From Eledone cirrhosa (taxonomy: Eukaryota): a DNA stretch of 64,000 bases. The position numbers and the translations under genes were made by a program. The stretch covers positions 19,157 to 83,156 of the forward strand of contig CAXHJY010001675.1 of assembly GCA_964016885.1 (NCBI GenBank), given 5' to 3'. The notes under the pieces were generated by a model. That model worked only from the letters and a program-made list of their open reading frames with translations, ran no database searches and was not told where the DNA came from. Positions 25,100-38,817 of the stretch are shown here, in pieces. Every line of letters starts with the position of its first letter. Within the stretch, counting starts at the first letter, position 1.

Positions 25100-26135
25100 C
25101 CTACTCACAGATGCATTGTTATACTTATGATTAAGGAGTAGGGTAGGAAATGAAGATGGGATAGGAGGTGTTGGCATGTTACTAGCTGACTGAAAAGTGG
25201 GTAGATAAGGTGATAGTGGTAGTTAGAGTAAATGACAGAATCATCAAGCTCAGAATAGCTGTAGGAAATTGAATGGTGACAATTACATCTATCTATGCTC
25301 CACAGGCCGGACAAGGAACTTTTACAGACAACTTTAGGGCCTGATGAAAGAGACAGCATCATCCTCGAAGGTGACTTCAATGGAGATGTGGGATTAGTGA
25401 GGAATTCAAGGTACTAGTAGGAGTTCATCAAGGTTCGGTTCTTAGCCCACTGCTGTTCATCATAGTCCTCCAGGCTATAACGGGAGTTTAAAACTGGCTG
25501 TCCATGAGAACTTATCTATGCAGATGATTTGGTCCTTATAGCCAAATCCATAAAAGAACTAGAAAATAAGTTCTGACTATGGAAAGGGAATTTGGAATCA
25601 AAAGGGCTGAGAGTAAATTTAGCTGAAACTGAAGTGCTAGTGAGTAGGAAAGAAGATAAGACCTTGATTCCTTCAGGGAAGTGGTCCTGCTCCATATGTA
25701 GAAAAGGAGGCAGAAACTCCATACAGTGTACACAATGTAAATATTGGGTACACAAAAGATGTAGTGGGATAACAAGTAGACTAACAGGAAAGGAAGACTT
25801 TGTATGTAGATGCACAGGAGTAATTGAGGGAAAGAGCATCAGTGATATAAACCCCTTCAAATCACAGGAAGGGTCCATTGAAGTGGTTGGTAGCTTCTGC
25901 TATTTAGGTAACTTAATTAGCAGTGTAGGAGGGTACTCTGAAACCATAATAACTAGAATATGGATAGGATGGAAGAAGTTTAGCGAGCTACTCCCACTGT
26001 TGACAACAAAAGTTTTCTCCCTACATATAAAAGGAAGATTGTATGATGCCTGTGTGCAAAGTGCAAGGTAGTGAAACATGAGCAGTGACTGCAGAAGATA
26101 TGCATAGACTGGAGAGAAATGAAGCAGCCATGCTT
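25100..26135 (+). mobile_element. Degenerate RTE (EN remnant joined to RT/PHD region)
   Basis: IYAPQAG, GDFNG, GVHQGSVLSPLLF, LIYADDL, WSCSICRKG...VHKRC. Confidence 0.8.
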
Positions 26136-26139
26136 CGTG

Positions 26140-26972
26140 TATGAGGCCTGTGTTCTTACAGCCCTGTTATATGGATGTGAAACGTGGACAACTTAAAGGC
26201 ATCATATCAGGCAGTTGGAAAGATTCATCAGCATTATGTATGATCCATCCTGAACATCAAGTGGTCTTCTTACACACCTGATGCTGCGATACTGAGTATT
26301 GAGAGGAGGATTATAATGAACATGGTGTGTTGGGCTGGTCATGTGGTCAAAATGGAAGATGCAAGGCTGCCTAAACAGCTTTTTATGGGGAGCTGACCAG
26401 AGGAAAAAGGCCACAGCATAAAGCAAAAAGAATTATTATGGAAAACTGGGAGAGACTGGCTGAAGGCCATACATCACAGAGAAAGATCATCAAGTATGGA
26501 TGTGATGTCTTTGCGAAAAAGCGAGTGGAGCATGCTGTTTTGAAGTGTTCAATTCGTAAGCGGGACTCAAGTGCAATGCCTGCAAAAATTCAGCAAGAAT
26601 TAAGGTGCAATGTATGTGGCCGATTTCTCCTAACACCAACTGGTTTTGTTAACCATCAGAAATCACACGAGCCAGGAAGAAATAGAGCCAACTGTGAGAT
26701 GGTTCTATCATCACAGACTCCATGGTATATTTGCAGTGAGTATGGCTTAATTTGCAAGTCAGCGAGTGGTCTGACCAGAGATGGTAAAATGCATGAAAAC
26801 ACACCCCAGCCAGTTTTACCAGAAGACGAACAGTTCAAGTGTTACATCTGTGAACATATCTGCAAAAGAAAAGCTGGTCTGAAAAGTCACCTGCGTACAC
26901 ATGACTGTACAATGTTCAATGAAGGGATGGCATTTTTTTGACAAGTAGCAATCAACATGTATGTATGTACGT
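26140..26972 (+). mobile_element. Old 3' fragment of the zinc-finger-tailed RTE family
   Basis: YGCETW, WAGHVVKMEDARLPKQL, then three C2H2-like units ending KAGLKSHLRTH, short (TATG)n tail. Confidence 0.8.
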
Positions 26973-27788
26973 ACCTAATCAGCTACATATGAGTAAAGAT
27001 AAAAAATATTCGTCATCAAATGACAAGGACTAAAAAAGAAAAGGGCGCATTAGTTGGTCCCTTTAATATTTGAATCTGCTGCAATACATTAACACCAATG
27101 CATTAGTATACATTAAAATTAATTTAACTGATTCCAAAAATATCATTTTACGTCTGTTTTCCATACTTGCATGGTTGAAACGTGATTTAGTGAGCGGGGG
27201 TAGTATTGTACAACGGGATGCTCTTCCTTCATCTCCTCTGTGGCATTTATTCTATTGACACGGGAGGGGCGAAAGACAAAGGCAACCTGACATTACGTTG
27301 AATTATTAAATTAAATACTATAATACACTACTATTTCTGTCACTCCACTACTAACTCACGCATGAAATAGGGCAGTGTTTCCCAAAGTTGGTTCCACGAG
27401 ATAGGTATTTTTTGACAAAAATTAAGTTTTTTTTCTAAGAATAAATTCTCTCTTAAAAAAAAAAAAATTGTTGTTCCATTCAATGTTTTATTAAAATTAA
27501 GGTGGTAGCGATTACCCGTAAAACATAGATATGGGTTCTGTAACTTAATATCGTAAAGCGTTTTATCTGGCGCTCTATCGATTCTGCTATCCACCGCACT
27601 TGTAAATAAAAATAAAGGAGATGATAATAATAAAAACATTAACTGTAAAAGGTTCCACACCATATTTCTTTCCAAAATTCTCAATAACTATTATGTGGGT
27701 GTGTGTGCCACAAAAACACTAGTAACCAGAACTTTTGTGATACTCGTAACTTTGATTTAATTCGGGTAGACATATATCTTTTGATTGT

Positions 27789-28760
27789 CTAATAAGGGAT
27801 GTGGAACGGATATTCCGGGTGCTTCGACAAGTGTGGAACAGATTTATCAAATGTGAAATACCTGAAGACAATTTTCTCTTCTTTAATAGATGTCATGTCT
27901 TCTTTTGGGAGCTGAAAATTAAATATATCAAAATTTTCTTTGATCCGATTTGGATTGCTGCTTTTTGGAATGACTCTAATATCACACTGGATTAGATACC
28001 GCAACATAACCTGAGCAGCAGTTTTCTTATATTTCTTTCCTATTGCTCTCAGAGTGGGGTTTCGTAAAACTTCCAAGTCTGTGTCGCAACCTTCTACAGA
28101 GACATTAATCCTTCCTGGAGAACCTAGAGGAGCAAAAGCAGTGAGGTGAATATTTTTTTCCCGGCAAAATTTCTGTAGTTTTTTCTGATTTAGGTAAATA
28201 TGGCATTCAACTTGGTTCGTAAAAGGTTTGATTTTTTTGGCATTCTTACAGATTCGTTCAATTTGAACAGAGTTAAAATTCGATACGCCGATAAAACGGG
28301 TTTTGCCTTCATTCACCAAGTTCTCCAAAGCGTGCCATGTTTCAACAAAATCGTAATTTGCCAAAATCAATTGATTGTTTTCATCTTTGGGTAATTTAGT
28401 CCCATCTCCTATATTCTTTATTCCAAAAGGAGCATTTATTAGAAAGAGATCAAGGTAATCAAGTTGGAGATGTTTCAGGGATTGCATCAGAGATGGCCTC
28501 ACATCTTTTTTCGCCATGTCAGTCATCCATAGTTTGGTGGTGATGAACACGTCATTCCGTGACAACTTACCCGTTTTGAAATATTTTTTCAGGGCCTTAC
28601 CTATATAAGCTTCGTTGGCGAACAACTGAGCCGTGTCGATATGACGATAGCCAACATCTAGAGCTGTGGTTATAGCTAGTTCGACTTCTTCCTCATCTGC
28701 TGTATCCCATGTGCCAAGACCGATCATGGGCATGTCGATGCCAGTTATTTTAGCAGCCAT
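27789..28760 (-). CDS. Aldo-keto reductase family protein (AKR1-like), intronless, with catalytic Tyr->Phe and His->Asn
   Basis: MPMIGLGTW, GYRHIDTA, FITTKLW, LQLDYLDLFL, IGVSNFN, NQVECH, PLGSP, AQVMLRY, IPKS..RIKEN, HPEYPF. Full-length 323-aa ORF. Confidence 0.93.
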   Translation of the reverse strand: MAAKITGIDMPMIGLGTWDTADEEEVELAITTALDVGYRHIDTAQLFANEAYIGKALKKYFKTGKLSRNDVFITTKLWMTDMAKKDVRPSLMQSLKHLQLDYLDLFLINAPFGIKNIGDGTKLPKDENNQLILANYDFVETWHALENLVNEGKTRFIGVSNFNSVQIERICKNAKKIKPFTNQVECHIYLNQKKLQKFCREKNIHLTAFAPLGSPGRINVSVEGCDTDLEVLRNPTLRAIGKKYKKTAAQVMLRYLIQCDIRVIPKSSNPNRIKENFDIFNFQLPKEDMTSIKEEKIVFRYFTFDKSVPHLSKHPEYPFHIPY

Positions 28761-29739
28761 AGTTTGAAATAAACTTTAAAAAATTGTAAAAACAATAAAA
28801 GGGTCGAAACTATATTTTTTAAAAGGTGGCAGCTAGTTGTCGTTGAATCGATGTATAGAACTTTAAACAATTTAAATACACAATTTTCAAAATTTTTTGT
28901 GCGATATTATTTTTTCAGCAATCTTGATAAGTATATATTGTATTAGGATGAAAGACTTAACCGAAAAACAAAAGCGAAACAATAACATAGATAATTCAAG
29001 ATCACTGATATCAGGTGTGGCGAAATGAAAACAAAATAACGAACAACTCGGATAACCGACTGCGCTGGTCAACAGTAAGAGGAGAAGTAAAAAGAGGGGG
29101 GGGGGAATAAAGAGAATAAGTTAGAGATTGAATTATAGAAAAAAAATTAAGAGAAGCTGAGAGAAAGAAAACAAATAAATAAAGTAAAGCTGAACGGCGT
29201 TGCTAACTGTAGTAAGAAAGAGATAGAGAATGATGAGTAGTAGTAAGTGGAGATGTCATAGATAAACTAAAGATAAAAGGTGAGGGAGAAAAAACACATA
29301 TACACAAAGTTAGAGGAGTAGCGAATTAAGAAATCCTAAAAGCCTTTGTTATAACCCATTCAGTATATTTAAAATATGGTGACAATAAGGAATACATTAA
29401 CACACACTTTGACGTTGCTATCAGCATTATGGTCACGGCCTCACCTACTACTATCATTATTACTTTCTGCGAAGCACTCACAATACTTTACCAGCCAGCC
29501 AATGTAATCGATAACTGGAAAACAACGTTTACTTTCTGTTTTGATGGATTTATGGACCCTCCATTGTTTTCGACGATCACCCGAACGTCCGATTCGTGAA
29601 TTAATGTGTAAGTGGTTGAGTATTCTACAGACATATGTACCTATAACGTAATTCTCAAACAGAATCACCATGACAATATATGACAAAGATGAACCTTAGT
29701 ATTACAGATACAATCGATCTTACTGACTTCCAAACAGTT

Positions 29740-30060
29740 TCTGATGGCTCTGGGTGTCAATAAAGAGTCTGAGCAGATTAATCTGCAAGATGTTCAATTT
29801 TATTTTAAAGATGTCAAAACATCCTTGCATAATGCTACTGAGGGAACATTACTAGTTCAAAACCAGCGCTACAAGCATGGAAGTGCCAACAGCCAAACCT
29901 GTCCAAGATGTGTGCAGGACAACGAAACTTTTGCCTAAAGTTTTTTTTAATTTTATTTTTATTTCTATGGGATTGTTAAAGTAAATATCTGTTGCTGTCA
30001 GAAGATGAAGGGCAGCATCAATGACCCTTTTCAAAGTATCTATGACTAGTGGGAATAAGA
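29740..30060 (+). mobile_element. Possible L1/Tx1-type LINE C-terminal remnant
   Basis: L.VQNQRYKHG....TCPRC.QD.ET resembles the RT-associated zinc-binding motif; heavily eroded. Confidence 0.35.
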
Positions 30061-33000
30061 GAGAAAGTTATCTTCAGAACATAGACCTAAGCAGGATGCT
30101 TGTAAAGCCAGCAACAGATTGTTATTTGGCCTAGGTCATTTCTGATGGAGCAGATCTATGAATTAAAAGCATTCTGTCCAACTTTTTGTAAACCGAGAAT
30201 ATCATTGTCCTATACACCCAATATGTCAATTTTTAAAGATGCTAGGGTGTAATTTCAGGAAAATTTACTTGCTATTTCTGGCAGTTTCTGTAACCACACA
30301 GACTTCCTCATTGGCTCATCAAAGTACCACTAATATAGATGGATTGAATCCATTTACTATAGTTCTCCACTATCTCCTTAGAAATTTGTCTTTGCAAACT
30401 ACTTAAGAAATCAATGTATATACTAACATTGTTTAAATCTGAGTGTTTCTCTAGTATTAGTGAGCTATCCTTACAAATGTTTACAGATACCTGAAGAACT
30501 CTGGACATCTAGTCCTTGCTGAAGCTTAAACAACTACCACCTCCAGGACACTACCCTATCTGTTATTCATGTTCAGGACTTTTTTTCTTTTTTAAGTTAC
30601 CCAATTCAATCTATGCCTACCAAAGAATAATGTAAACCTTGTCCCCACCCAAAAGAGGTGCATGTGCAGGAAACCCTAGTCTTTCTGGTGGTTATCACTA
30701 AAACTGCCACCAAGAAAAGGACTGGATGGCACTGATGCCACTACTTTTCAATGATGCTGCCTCATATTTAAAAAATATAGTTTATAAAAAAACATCCTGA
30801 AATATGTTCTTTGTAAAAGAGATTTCATCCAGAATATTCTGAAGTCCCCTGGGCACCAAAACCTAGCAGTGGCCTTGCTATCCCATCAGAAGGCCACTAT
30901 GTAGTGAAGGGGCTGAAAGTTGAAATATACTAGGGTGATAAGAGAAGGAAAGACATGTGGGTCTAAGTATGCGGGTAGTTATTTCAAAACAGCAAATAGA
31001 AGAGACAGAGACAAGAAACAATGCTGTGAGATAATGGTTGAAGCCTTATGGTAATGGAAGTTTTGCCAAATCACTGAAATAACTTTCTTTGGGATTCAGA
31101 TTAGGGTATTAGTGTGTGTAACAGTAGAGCTCTCTCGTAGACATGAATATTCAATATGGATCTAACTTAAGCTTAAAGAATTAGCAGCTAAGAGTTGAAG
31201 TACTTTTTGGTTCTAAACAGGAATCCCAATTTTTGTGATACAGTTTGACAATGTTGTATATGTGGGAGTCTCTATGAAAAATCATTTACTGGTAAGCCTA
31301 GCATTGGTAGTGCCTGGAGGGTTTCAGTTGTGTGTTGTCTGTAACTAGAGAGTGTTAAGTTCAAGACTGTTTCTTTGATAAGTGCTGTGGTTTTTGTAAG
31401 TTAGATGAGTAACAGTACCCATGGCCTTTACAGACGTTTCAAGACAGATGACATAGATGTGACTGATGCCTAACCACTGACCCACCAGCAGGTCAATATC
31501 TGCTGGAAAATATGTGGGTGATAAGGAATAGAGACTATTATTCAAATGCTGACAACAGAGTGAACTCCACTAAAGGCAGGAGGTGTGTTAGGCATACTAC
31601 ACAAATAAAAGTATTGAGTTTTTGAAATAAAAATAGTATAGGCATGTGGGGGCATTTTTAGAATTGACACATAGAAAATGATTTTTTAAAAATAATTATT
31701 TGGAAATAAAGGAGACATAATATTTTCATTATTTTATGTTTGTGTTCGTTAATGCTTTTATTACTAAACATTATCATTTTGTATCATAGTTGGCTAAATG
31801 TAAACTCAGGAAATCGTTTCAGTGTACCTTTCAATTTCATGTTGATCATGAATAAAATCAATGAGGATAATATTGATTCTTAAGTTCTTTGTTGTGTGGT
31901 TAAGAAGTTTGCTTATCAAGCGCAGAGTTCTGGGTTGACTGATAATTTGTAAATGAAATTCGGTAATCGAGAAACTGCCGTGTCATGTATATGCGTTTGT
32001 GTTTATGTAAAACAGTGTGTCAAGTTCGGCCCTTTTACGTAAATCTGACCTTTAATTACAGTAGGAAAATATTCTAATTGAAAGGGGTTTTCTATTTGCT
32101 TTTCTTTTCAGGGCGACAGAAGTCAAAGAAGCCATTAGAAAGATGAAAAAATGTGAAATGTGGGATGTAGTCTGGAAGAAAACTTAATTTCTTGTCTGAT
32201 ATTTCACTTTCAGCACTTATTTCTTAATGTCTTATTGTTGCTGAGACAATGGAATAGTGAAGGATACAACATTATTATGCTTACGGGGTCGATAAAATAT
32301 AGTACCAGTAATGCACTGAGATAATTGCTGGCCTTGTGCCAAAGGTAGAAACAATTATTTAGTCTTAACCTGGACTTGCTCAAATGGATGTGTTAACTAG
32401 GAATCCTCTTTGTACTTAGGTAAGGAATTTCCTTAGTAATAAGACAATCCTGACGACAGTGACATCAATGTTAATATTCAGAACTTGACCAAAAACACCC
32501 AGTTCAAATACCTAGGTTCACTGATGTTCGAATGCGTGTTAATGTTGCATGACTGAAGTAGAGACAAATGTCTGGAGTTCTCTGTGATCGGAAGACAAAC
32601 CTGTCAACTCTCCCCTTCCGACGGGGAAATCTCCCACCCACTTTAGAGTGGGTGAGAGATAATGGGTATAGCTTTCATTATGTAAAATCTCCCCATTTTG
32701 CCTTATTTCTCCCCGTTTCGAGGCACTTGTTTTCGTGGGTTTTTAGAGGTTGGCAGGTTTGCAGAAGATGCCTATTCATTTAAGACGGGAATGCACCCAC
32801 CAGTGTCGCTTGTCGAGCAACTGAGAAATATCAACAGACCCGCCATGGAAATGCGGATATTACATTGAGCGTTGTGGGTTGATTAGACAAGACTAGACGA
32901 CATCAAAAACGTATATAAGCTGGTGGTCGTAGAGGTGACCTCCGATGTTATGGACACGTGAAACGCAGTGATGAACAATCGGTAACCCATACAGCTTTCA

Positions 33001-33739
33001 GAATCAGATTAACGATCGACGACCACGGCGTTGGTTGAATTGATTGAGAGAAGATATGTGACATTCAATATTTGTCATGGGACACCCTCGACTATGGTCA
33101 CTGAAAGAAGGAAGGCAGAAAATGGATCCCATTCATGGAATAAAGCAGATTTGATGTATTTTGCCTTATGCTCTAACGATTCGGCCAATCCGTTTCCAGC
33201 AAGAAGAAAAAATAACAAAAACAACACAAAGATGCAATACACTAACCACAGATACACTTGGGAAATTAGAGTACTCTCCTGTCCCTGCAATCTAAGCCTG
33301 AAGCCAATCAAATATTCTAAAAACGAACGAAATAAAACAGGGAGCTACATTCATCTGCTTACAGTTCACATGGGTAATTTCCGGTTGAAAGAAATATAAA
33401 CAAATTAGCATTCCAATATTCTTTATTATATTTTTTTCCGAAAAACCTGCCAGAAAGAAATGTTTAAATTTACTTCTCTTTTATAGTACACAAATTTATT
33501 CATTTGTAAACTTCAATAATTGATATTTTGCTGGCGCAGACTATCTACTTGTTTTCTCAGTCTTTCTTTTATAATTTACTTCAAACATACAATTCCTTCC
33601 AACCCACCTTTACATTATAACATTATAACCCTCCACCCCGAATCAGTAGCAAGCAGTTGATAACGCCTATGTGAATCCAGTAGTTACTGTATAATTATTA
33701 ATAAACGGCCATTATTGTTCAATAATCATTTATTTTGTA

Positions 33740-34101
33740 TATGACTGCCAGAACGACTACAGTTTCTGTTTTCGAACGGACGTCATAGCAAGTGTCGTGC
33801 TATGTGCAACGAGTAATACATCGCTACTAATAGTAAACACTAGTGTAAGATTGCAAAAGTATCTAGAGTGGTATCCCAACGACTGACTGCACCAATTGTG
33901 GGAACGTGATGATGATTGTAAGATTCGAAATTTAACGAAAGTAATGAAGTATTTGTGACATCTATTTGTTACCACACGGTGAAAGGGGCTGAAACGAATG
34001 ACGTAACACACACTAATAAATGACGCAAAACGCACTCTGTGGTTAATTGGAGGAAATAACAACAGTCGTGTCGAGATTCTCCTATCCATGACGAGGTAAG
34101 T
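33740..34101 (+). promoter_or_regulatory. Candidate promoter and first exon
   Basis: CpG-retaining unique sequence with CRE/ATF-like sites at 33779, 33999 and 34021, then ATG ACG AG|GTAAGT at 34088-34101. Confidence 0.4.
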
Positions 34102-36309
34102 CCTGTTGACTTTTCCACCTTTTTTTTATGTTTATAATTATCTTCGAAAACACTCTTCGTGTACCTCTACTAATTAGATTAGTTTAGCTTGCAAACGATA
34201 TATTTGTTGTGAAATTTACGAAGCTTTATAGCTACACAGATTTTTATGCCAGGTTTCTTGTCATCGTCGTTGTTGTTGTAGAAGCTGCTGCTAGAAAATA
34301 AACAGAACACTATGATCGATTTGTTTACTTTTGAATACGTGATGTATATTTGATTTTATTTTTATTTCATAGTATCGTTAAATATATATCTTATATAGTT
34401 TCACATATTAATTTGTGATTGTAGTTAGAAGAAACATGGCCCTTGTCTATTTATGATGATTCGTCATCGTCTGGCGTGAGAGAGACTGATGTGACGGAGA
34501 GAAAAAGAATTTGAGAGTAGACTACCTGTGCGATGAGTAACAGGGCCACTAAATTGTTTTTAACTCCTTTCAGGCATCTCACGTCGACGTTCTTTTTCTC
34601 CCCAGTTTCTTTCCCTTTTACAATATAACGAATTGTGCCCTTTTTTGTAAATTTATCCCCCCCCCCCACCCTCAGATTGAGGTTAAAAGCTGGACCTCTT
34701 ATCAGTATAACGAATCTAATGTTATGGTGGATGGTTGTGATGGCGTTGTGTGTGTACTCAACTTGTGGATTGCTCAATGATGTGGTCATTGTTGCGTAGA
34801 GTGTAGGCGGAGGTAGTTTAATGTGTCTGTGCGTGTGTGACCAGAGATTGCGGGTGTGCAAGTAAGCGAGTAACATTGTTCCTAATGATGATGATGATGA
34901 TGATGATGTGAAGATTCCTTGGGTAAGTGATTTACCCTAATCACATTGGTAATGATATATAAAAACCACAATAACACAGAACCACTATGTTAATACTTTA
35001 ATAAATATAACTTTCATCGAAGTTATAATGACAATACACGAAGAACAAATAACAGTTGAATTGCGTGATGTTATGAATCAGATGTGATGTGTATACGTGA
35101 ATGCTATAGTAGTCTGAAAAGATGCTGTTGTTAAAATCGAACGAGAGCATGACTGTCTCGGCCTGCTGGCCGAAGTGAATATCTTTGACAACTACATTGT
35201 TCTGGTCACTGGAACAAACTACTGATCTGACAGCTGGACAGCAAAGGGCGGACTATTTTATGACGATAGCGTTACTCCTGGCAATCTGCAGTTGGCCTCC
35301 AGAAAATCATTCCTCCAGATAACCTGGTGACACTAGTCCCAAACAAAGGAACCAAATATCTGAGGCCAAAAGGTCAGTATGTGTGGTCGCAATGACCTAC
35401 CTACCTAACCAACATAGGAACAAAAGTTGCTGTCAGTCTGGTTGCATTCGCTACATCAGAACCTTATATCATGCATTTAAAAAATTGAACCTACTACCAT
35501 AGTTCTTTTTTTTTTTTATCAAATGAATTATCGTTAGTTTTAAGCTAAATATCTGAATATTATTTTGCTTTTCCTTTAAAATGCGATTTTGTTTTTTGTA
35601 TATGTAACTGAAAGACAACGCCCCCCCCCCTCCTCCGATTACAGTGGAAAATATTTTTTTTGTGTGTTATCATAAAATGAAGGTTGAAGAGGGGGGACAG
35701 TCGGACTCTTCCCTTCCCCCTGATTTAGCGTTGGGGTTGGGAGTAAAGAAAACTTCGGGAGAGGGTATGTCCTAGGATTCCCCTTTTCCAGGGAAAAAAA
35801 TTCTTTGCACTTTATTAGGAGGTAAATTTAATTTATAGCACGCGAAAAAAATGAGTAAAAAATTTATTCCCCACTGAAATCGGGGGTCGAAAAGTCTTAG
35901 AGTTCCGCCTCACCCCTCCCTTCTCCGGGGAAAAGTCTTTTGCAATACTATCCGGAAAAAAAAGAAGATAAGAACGGTCCATCTGGAACACCTTTGATAG
36001 TAAATCAGCTCCATTGATCAGAATTAACCTGGGACTAAACAATAATATTTCTCCATAGACAGCCAAAACATACCTCTGAAATATATATTAGCATAATCAC
36101 ATTATCAAAGCACAACTTTTGGGTGTATCTCTAGCAATGCTCTCTGTTAATCCCCCTTTGTAATACAGGTTTTAGTTCCATGATGAGTGAAAAACTGTGA
36201 ACTTGGAGTAGCAATAGAGAATAATCTCAACATTATAATAAGCATAAGTATAATAAATATTAATGGACTTATGTAACATCTGCTGTATCTAATTAGATAT
36301 TTAACAGAG

Positions 36310-38190
36310 CTTTGATGAGTTTGGCTTTGTGCCAGGGAGAGGTGCTTCTGATGCTGTCACCCTACTGTGACAACTGCAAAAGTACTTAGCTAGAAACATG
36401 CTCCTATACTTATCATTCATCAGTCTGGAAAAGGCTTTGACAAAGTTCCACATTTTGTAATCTGGAGAAGTTACAGTTGGCTGAATGACTTTTAAGGGCC
36501 ATACAAGCCATATAGAAGGTACAGTCAAAGGGTGAGAGTTGGCAATGATTTCAGCTTAGTCTGCAGTCTTCCATACCTTAACAGAGTAGTTTTAAGACAT
36601 GCTGTCTGTGGAAACTCCTGTATGGTGATGACATAGTCCATATAACAAAATCTGTAGAAGAAATTTCAAACATGGAAGCAAAACCTGGAATAAAAAAAAG
36701 CCTGAAAGATTAAAGAGGTATAGTGGAATCAGGTAGGCTGTCAGAGAAGATAAACTTCATTTGTGGCAGATGCACAAGTCTAGTTAGCAACAAGAATAGA
36801 TGTGAAATATAAATTCCTCGAAATGCCCAGAAGACTCACTAAGCGTAGTTGATAGATTTTGCTACCCGGGAGATAGAAGAAATGAATGTACCAAAAGCAT
36901 AATAGCTAGAATGAGAATGGAGTAAAAAATGTTCAGGAAGAGACATGGGCATTACGTACAGAGGACCTGAGCAGACTGGAAAGGAACGAAGCATGCATGC
37001 TCCGTTGGATGTGTAACAGTAATATACGTGAACGGCAAAGCATAAATGAACTAAGTGAGAAATTAGGAATAAGAGGGATCAGATGCTGTTTACTTGAGAG
37101 AAGACTAGGTTGGTATGGCCATGTGATGCGCATGAAAGACGACAGCTGTATAAAAAAGTGCAGGGCGATCAAAATTGATGGTAGTTACGGAGTAGGTAGA
37201 CCCAGAAAAACCTGGGACAATCTGATAAATTCCGACCTTACACACTTGCACCTCTCTAAGACAATGTCACTGGACCGAGATCTTTGGCGCTACGCTGTAA
37301 TACAGAAGACCCACTTGCCTATGTACAAAGCGAAACCTACAGTCAGTAGGCATCTCTTAACCAAATATACACCCCAATCCACTACCCCTACCATATCCTC
37401 CCACTCCCACCAACACCACCCTCTCTCTGTAAAGTTGGTACCACAACATCCAGTCCAAATAAATAAGATAATGAGATCGAGATCATGTAGGTGTCACGAG
37501 AAAAAAAACACAGTCCACGCTGTAATGTGGCCGTGTAGGTAACATGGTAAAAAGTTCCCAGTTCCACACTGTAAATGTGGTTGGTGTTAGGAAGGGCATC
37601 GGGCCGTAGAAACCCCGCCAGATAGTCCTATATGAGCGAGACACGGTCACCCGACCAACCTTGCCTCAAGTGGGACAACTCCCGTCTAACCCATGCTAGC
37701 CTGGAAAATGGATGTTAAACGAAGATGATGAGATGATGAAACTGTTATCTCTGTTGGCAACCAAGAGTTTCTCTCCTAGAGTGAAGAACAGATTATATGA
37801 TGGTTGTGCAAACTGTGATGCTGCAAGATAGTGAGATGTGAGCCTTGAAAGAAATCAAGGGAGCATGCTTTGTTGGGTGTGTAATGTTAGTGTGCATAAA
37901 AATGGAGCACTAATGAGATGAGAAAATATATATATAAAAGGAAATTAGATGTAGTGTACAAGAAAGAGAATTGTGCTAATATGGGTATATGATGCACATG
38001 GAAGATATCAGTTGCATGAAAATGTGCCAAGTCCTTGAAGTGGATAGAACCCGTAGAAGATGGAGACTAAAGCAGGACAAAATAGTGAGGACAGACATTA
38101 AGAAGTTCAACCTCATGAAGGAGATAACACAAGACAGTGGTGACCGAGATAACACACAGTACCAAAGAAGACTCAATGCAAGCATAGCAA
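36310..38190 (+). mobile_element. Old RTE remnant with a younger RTE 3' end (about 36935-37740) nested inside
   Basis: Eroded RT motifs flank an intact MLRWMCN...WYGHVMRMKDD...GRPRKTW segment with 3' UTR and GAT tail; the older element resumes at about 37741. Confidence 0.75.
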
Positions 38191-38678
38191 AATGGGCGTT
38201 AATATAGAGATAAAGACTAAGATCAGGCCTCTTGTTCATTATAATCCTGTTAAGTCTCCATCTACTGCTCTTTTCATTACCCCTCCATCTATCACCCCCT
38301 GTTCTATTCATTGTACCCTGCTGACAAGAGAGGACATTTCACCTCCTATTATTATCACTCTACCTCTCTCTCACCATCACTCCTCTACCACCACACCTCC
38401 AACCATTATCATTATAGTTTCTCACCAATTCTCTACCACTTTACTTAACTACTATCACAATACCTGTGTAATGTGGAATGGCATTAGACCTGTCCATATT
38501 CAGTACTGTCACCCTCATTTACCACTTTCTCTTACTATCACACATATCTCTTGATATCCATTTCTTTTATGATCATTGATACCCATATTTTTTTATACCT
38601 GTTAGTCATGTGTGTCCATATTCAATACCACTACCCTCTACTACTACTAGCCATACATCTCTCCATGAGACTCTAAGC

Positions 38679-38817
38679 CAGAGTTTCTAAAAAACATTAT
38701 ATACTATATACTATTATATCGTCTCTACAGCCCACCATCTCCCCCTTAGGCCCCAGCGCCCCCCTGGACCTTCTCAAGACCTCTGGGTCACAGTAGTGCC
38801 CACTTTGAGAACCTCTG
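38679..38817. mobile_element. hAT (Charlie-like) MITE
   Basis: Perfect 8-bp TSD CTCTAAGC at 38671-78 and 38818-25; TIR CAGAGTTTCTAAAA / TTTGAGAACCTCTG. Confidence 0.8.

Noticed and set aside
26438-26941. Third host C2H2 gene
   Set aside because: Continuous with RTE RT C-terminal motifs and matches the finger style of the 49-53 kb LINE.
27789-28760. Bacterial contamination or horizontal transfer as the source of the intronless AKR
   Set aside because: Animal AKR1-type loops and the HPEYPF C-terminus, host-like AT content and host repeats nearby.
34947-35455. Solo LTR (TG...CA with an AT-rich polyA-signal-like region)
   Set aside because: No second copy in the window and only an imperfect candidate TSD (TCACA/TCAGA).
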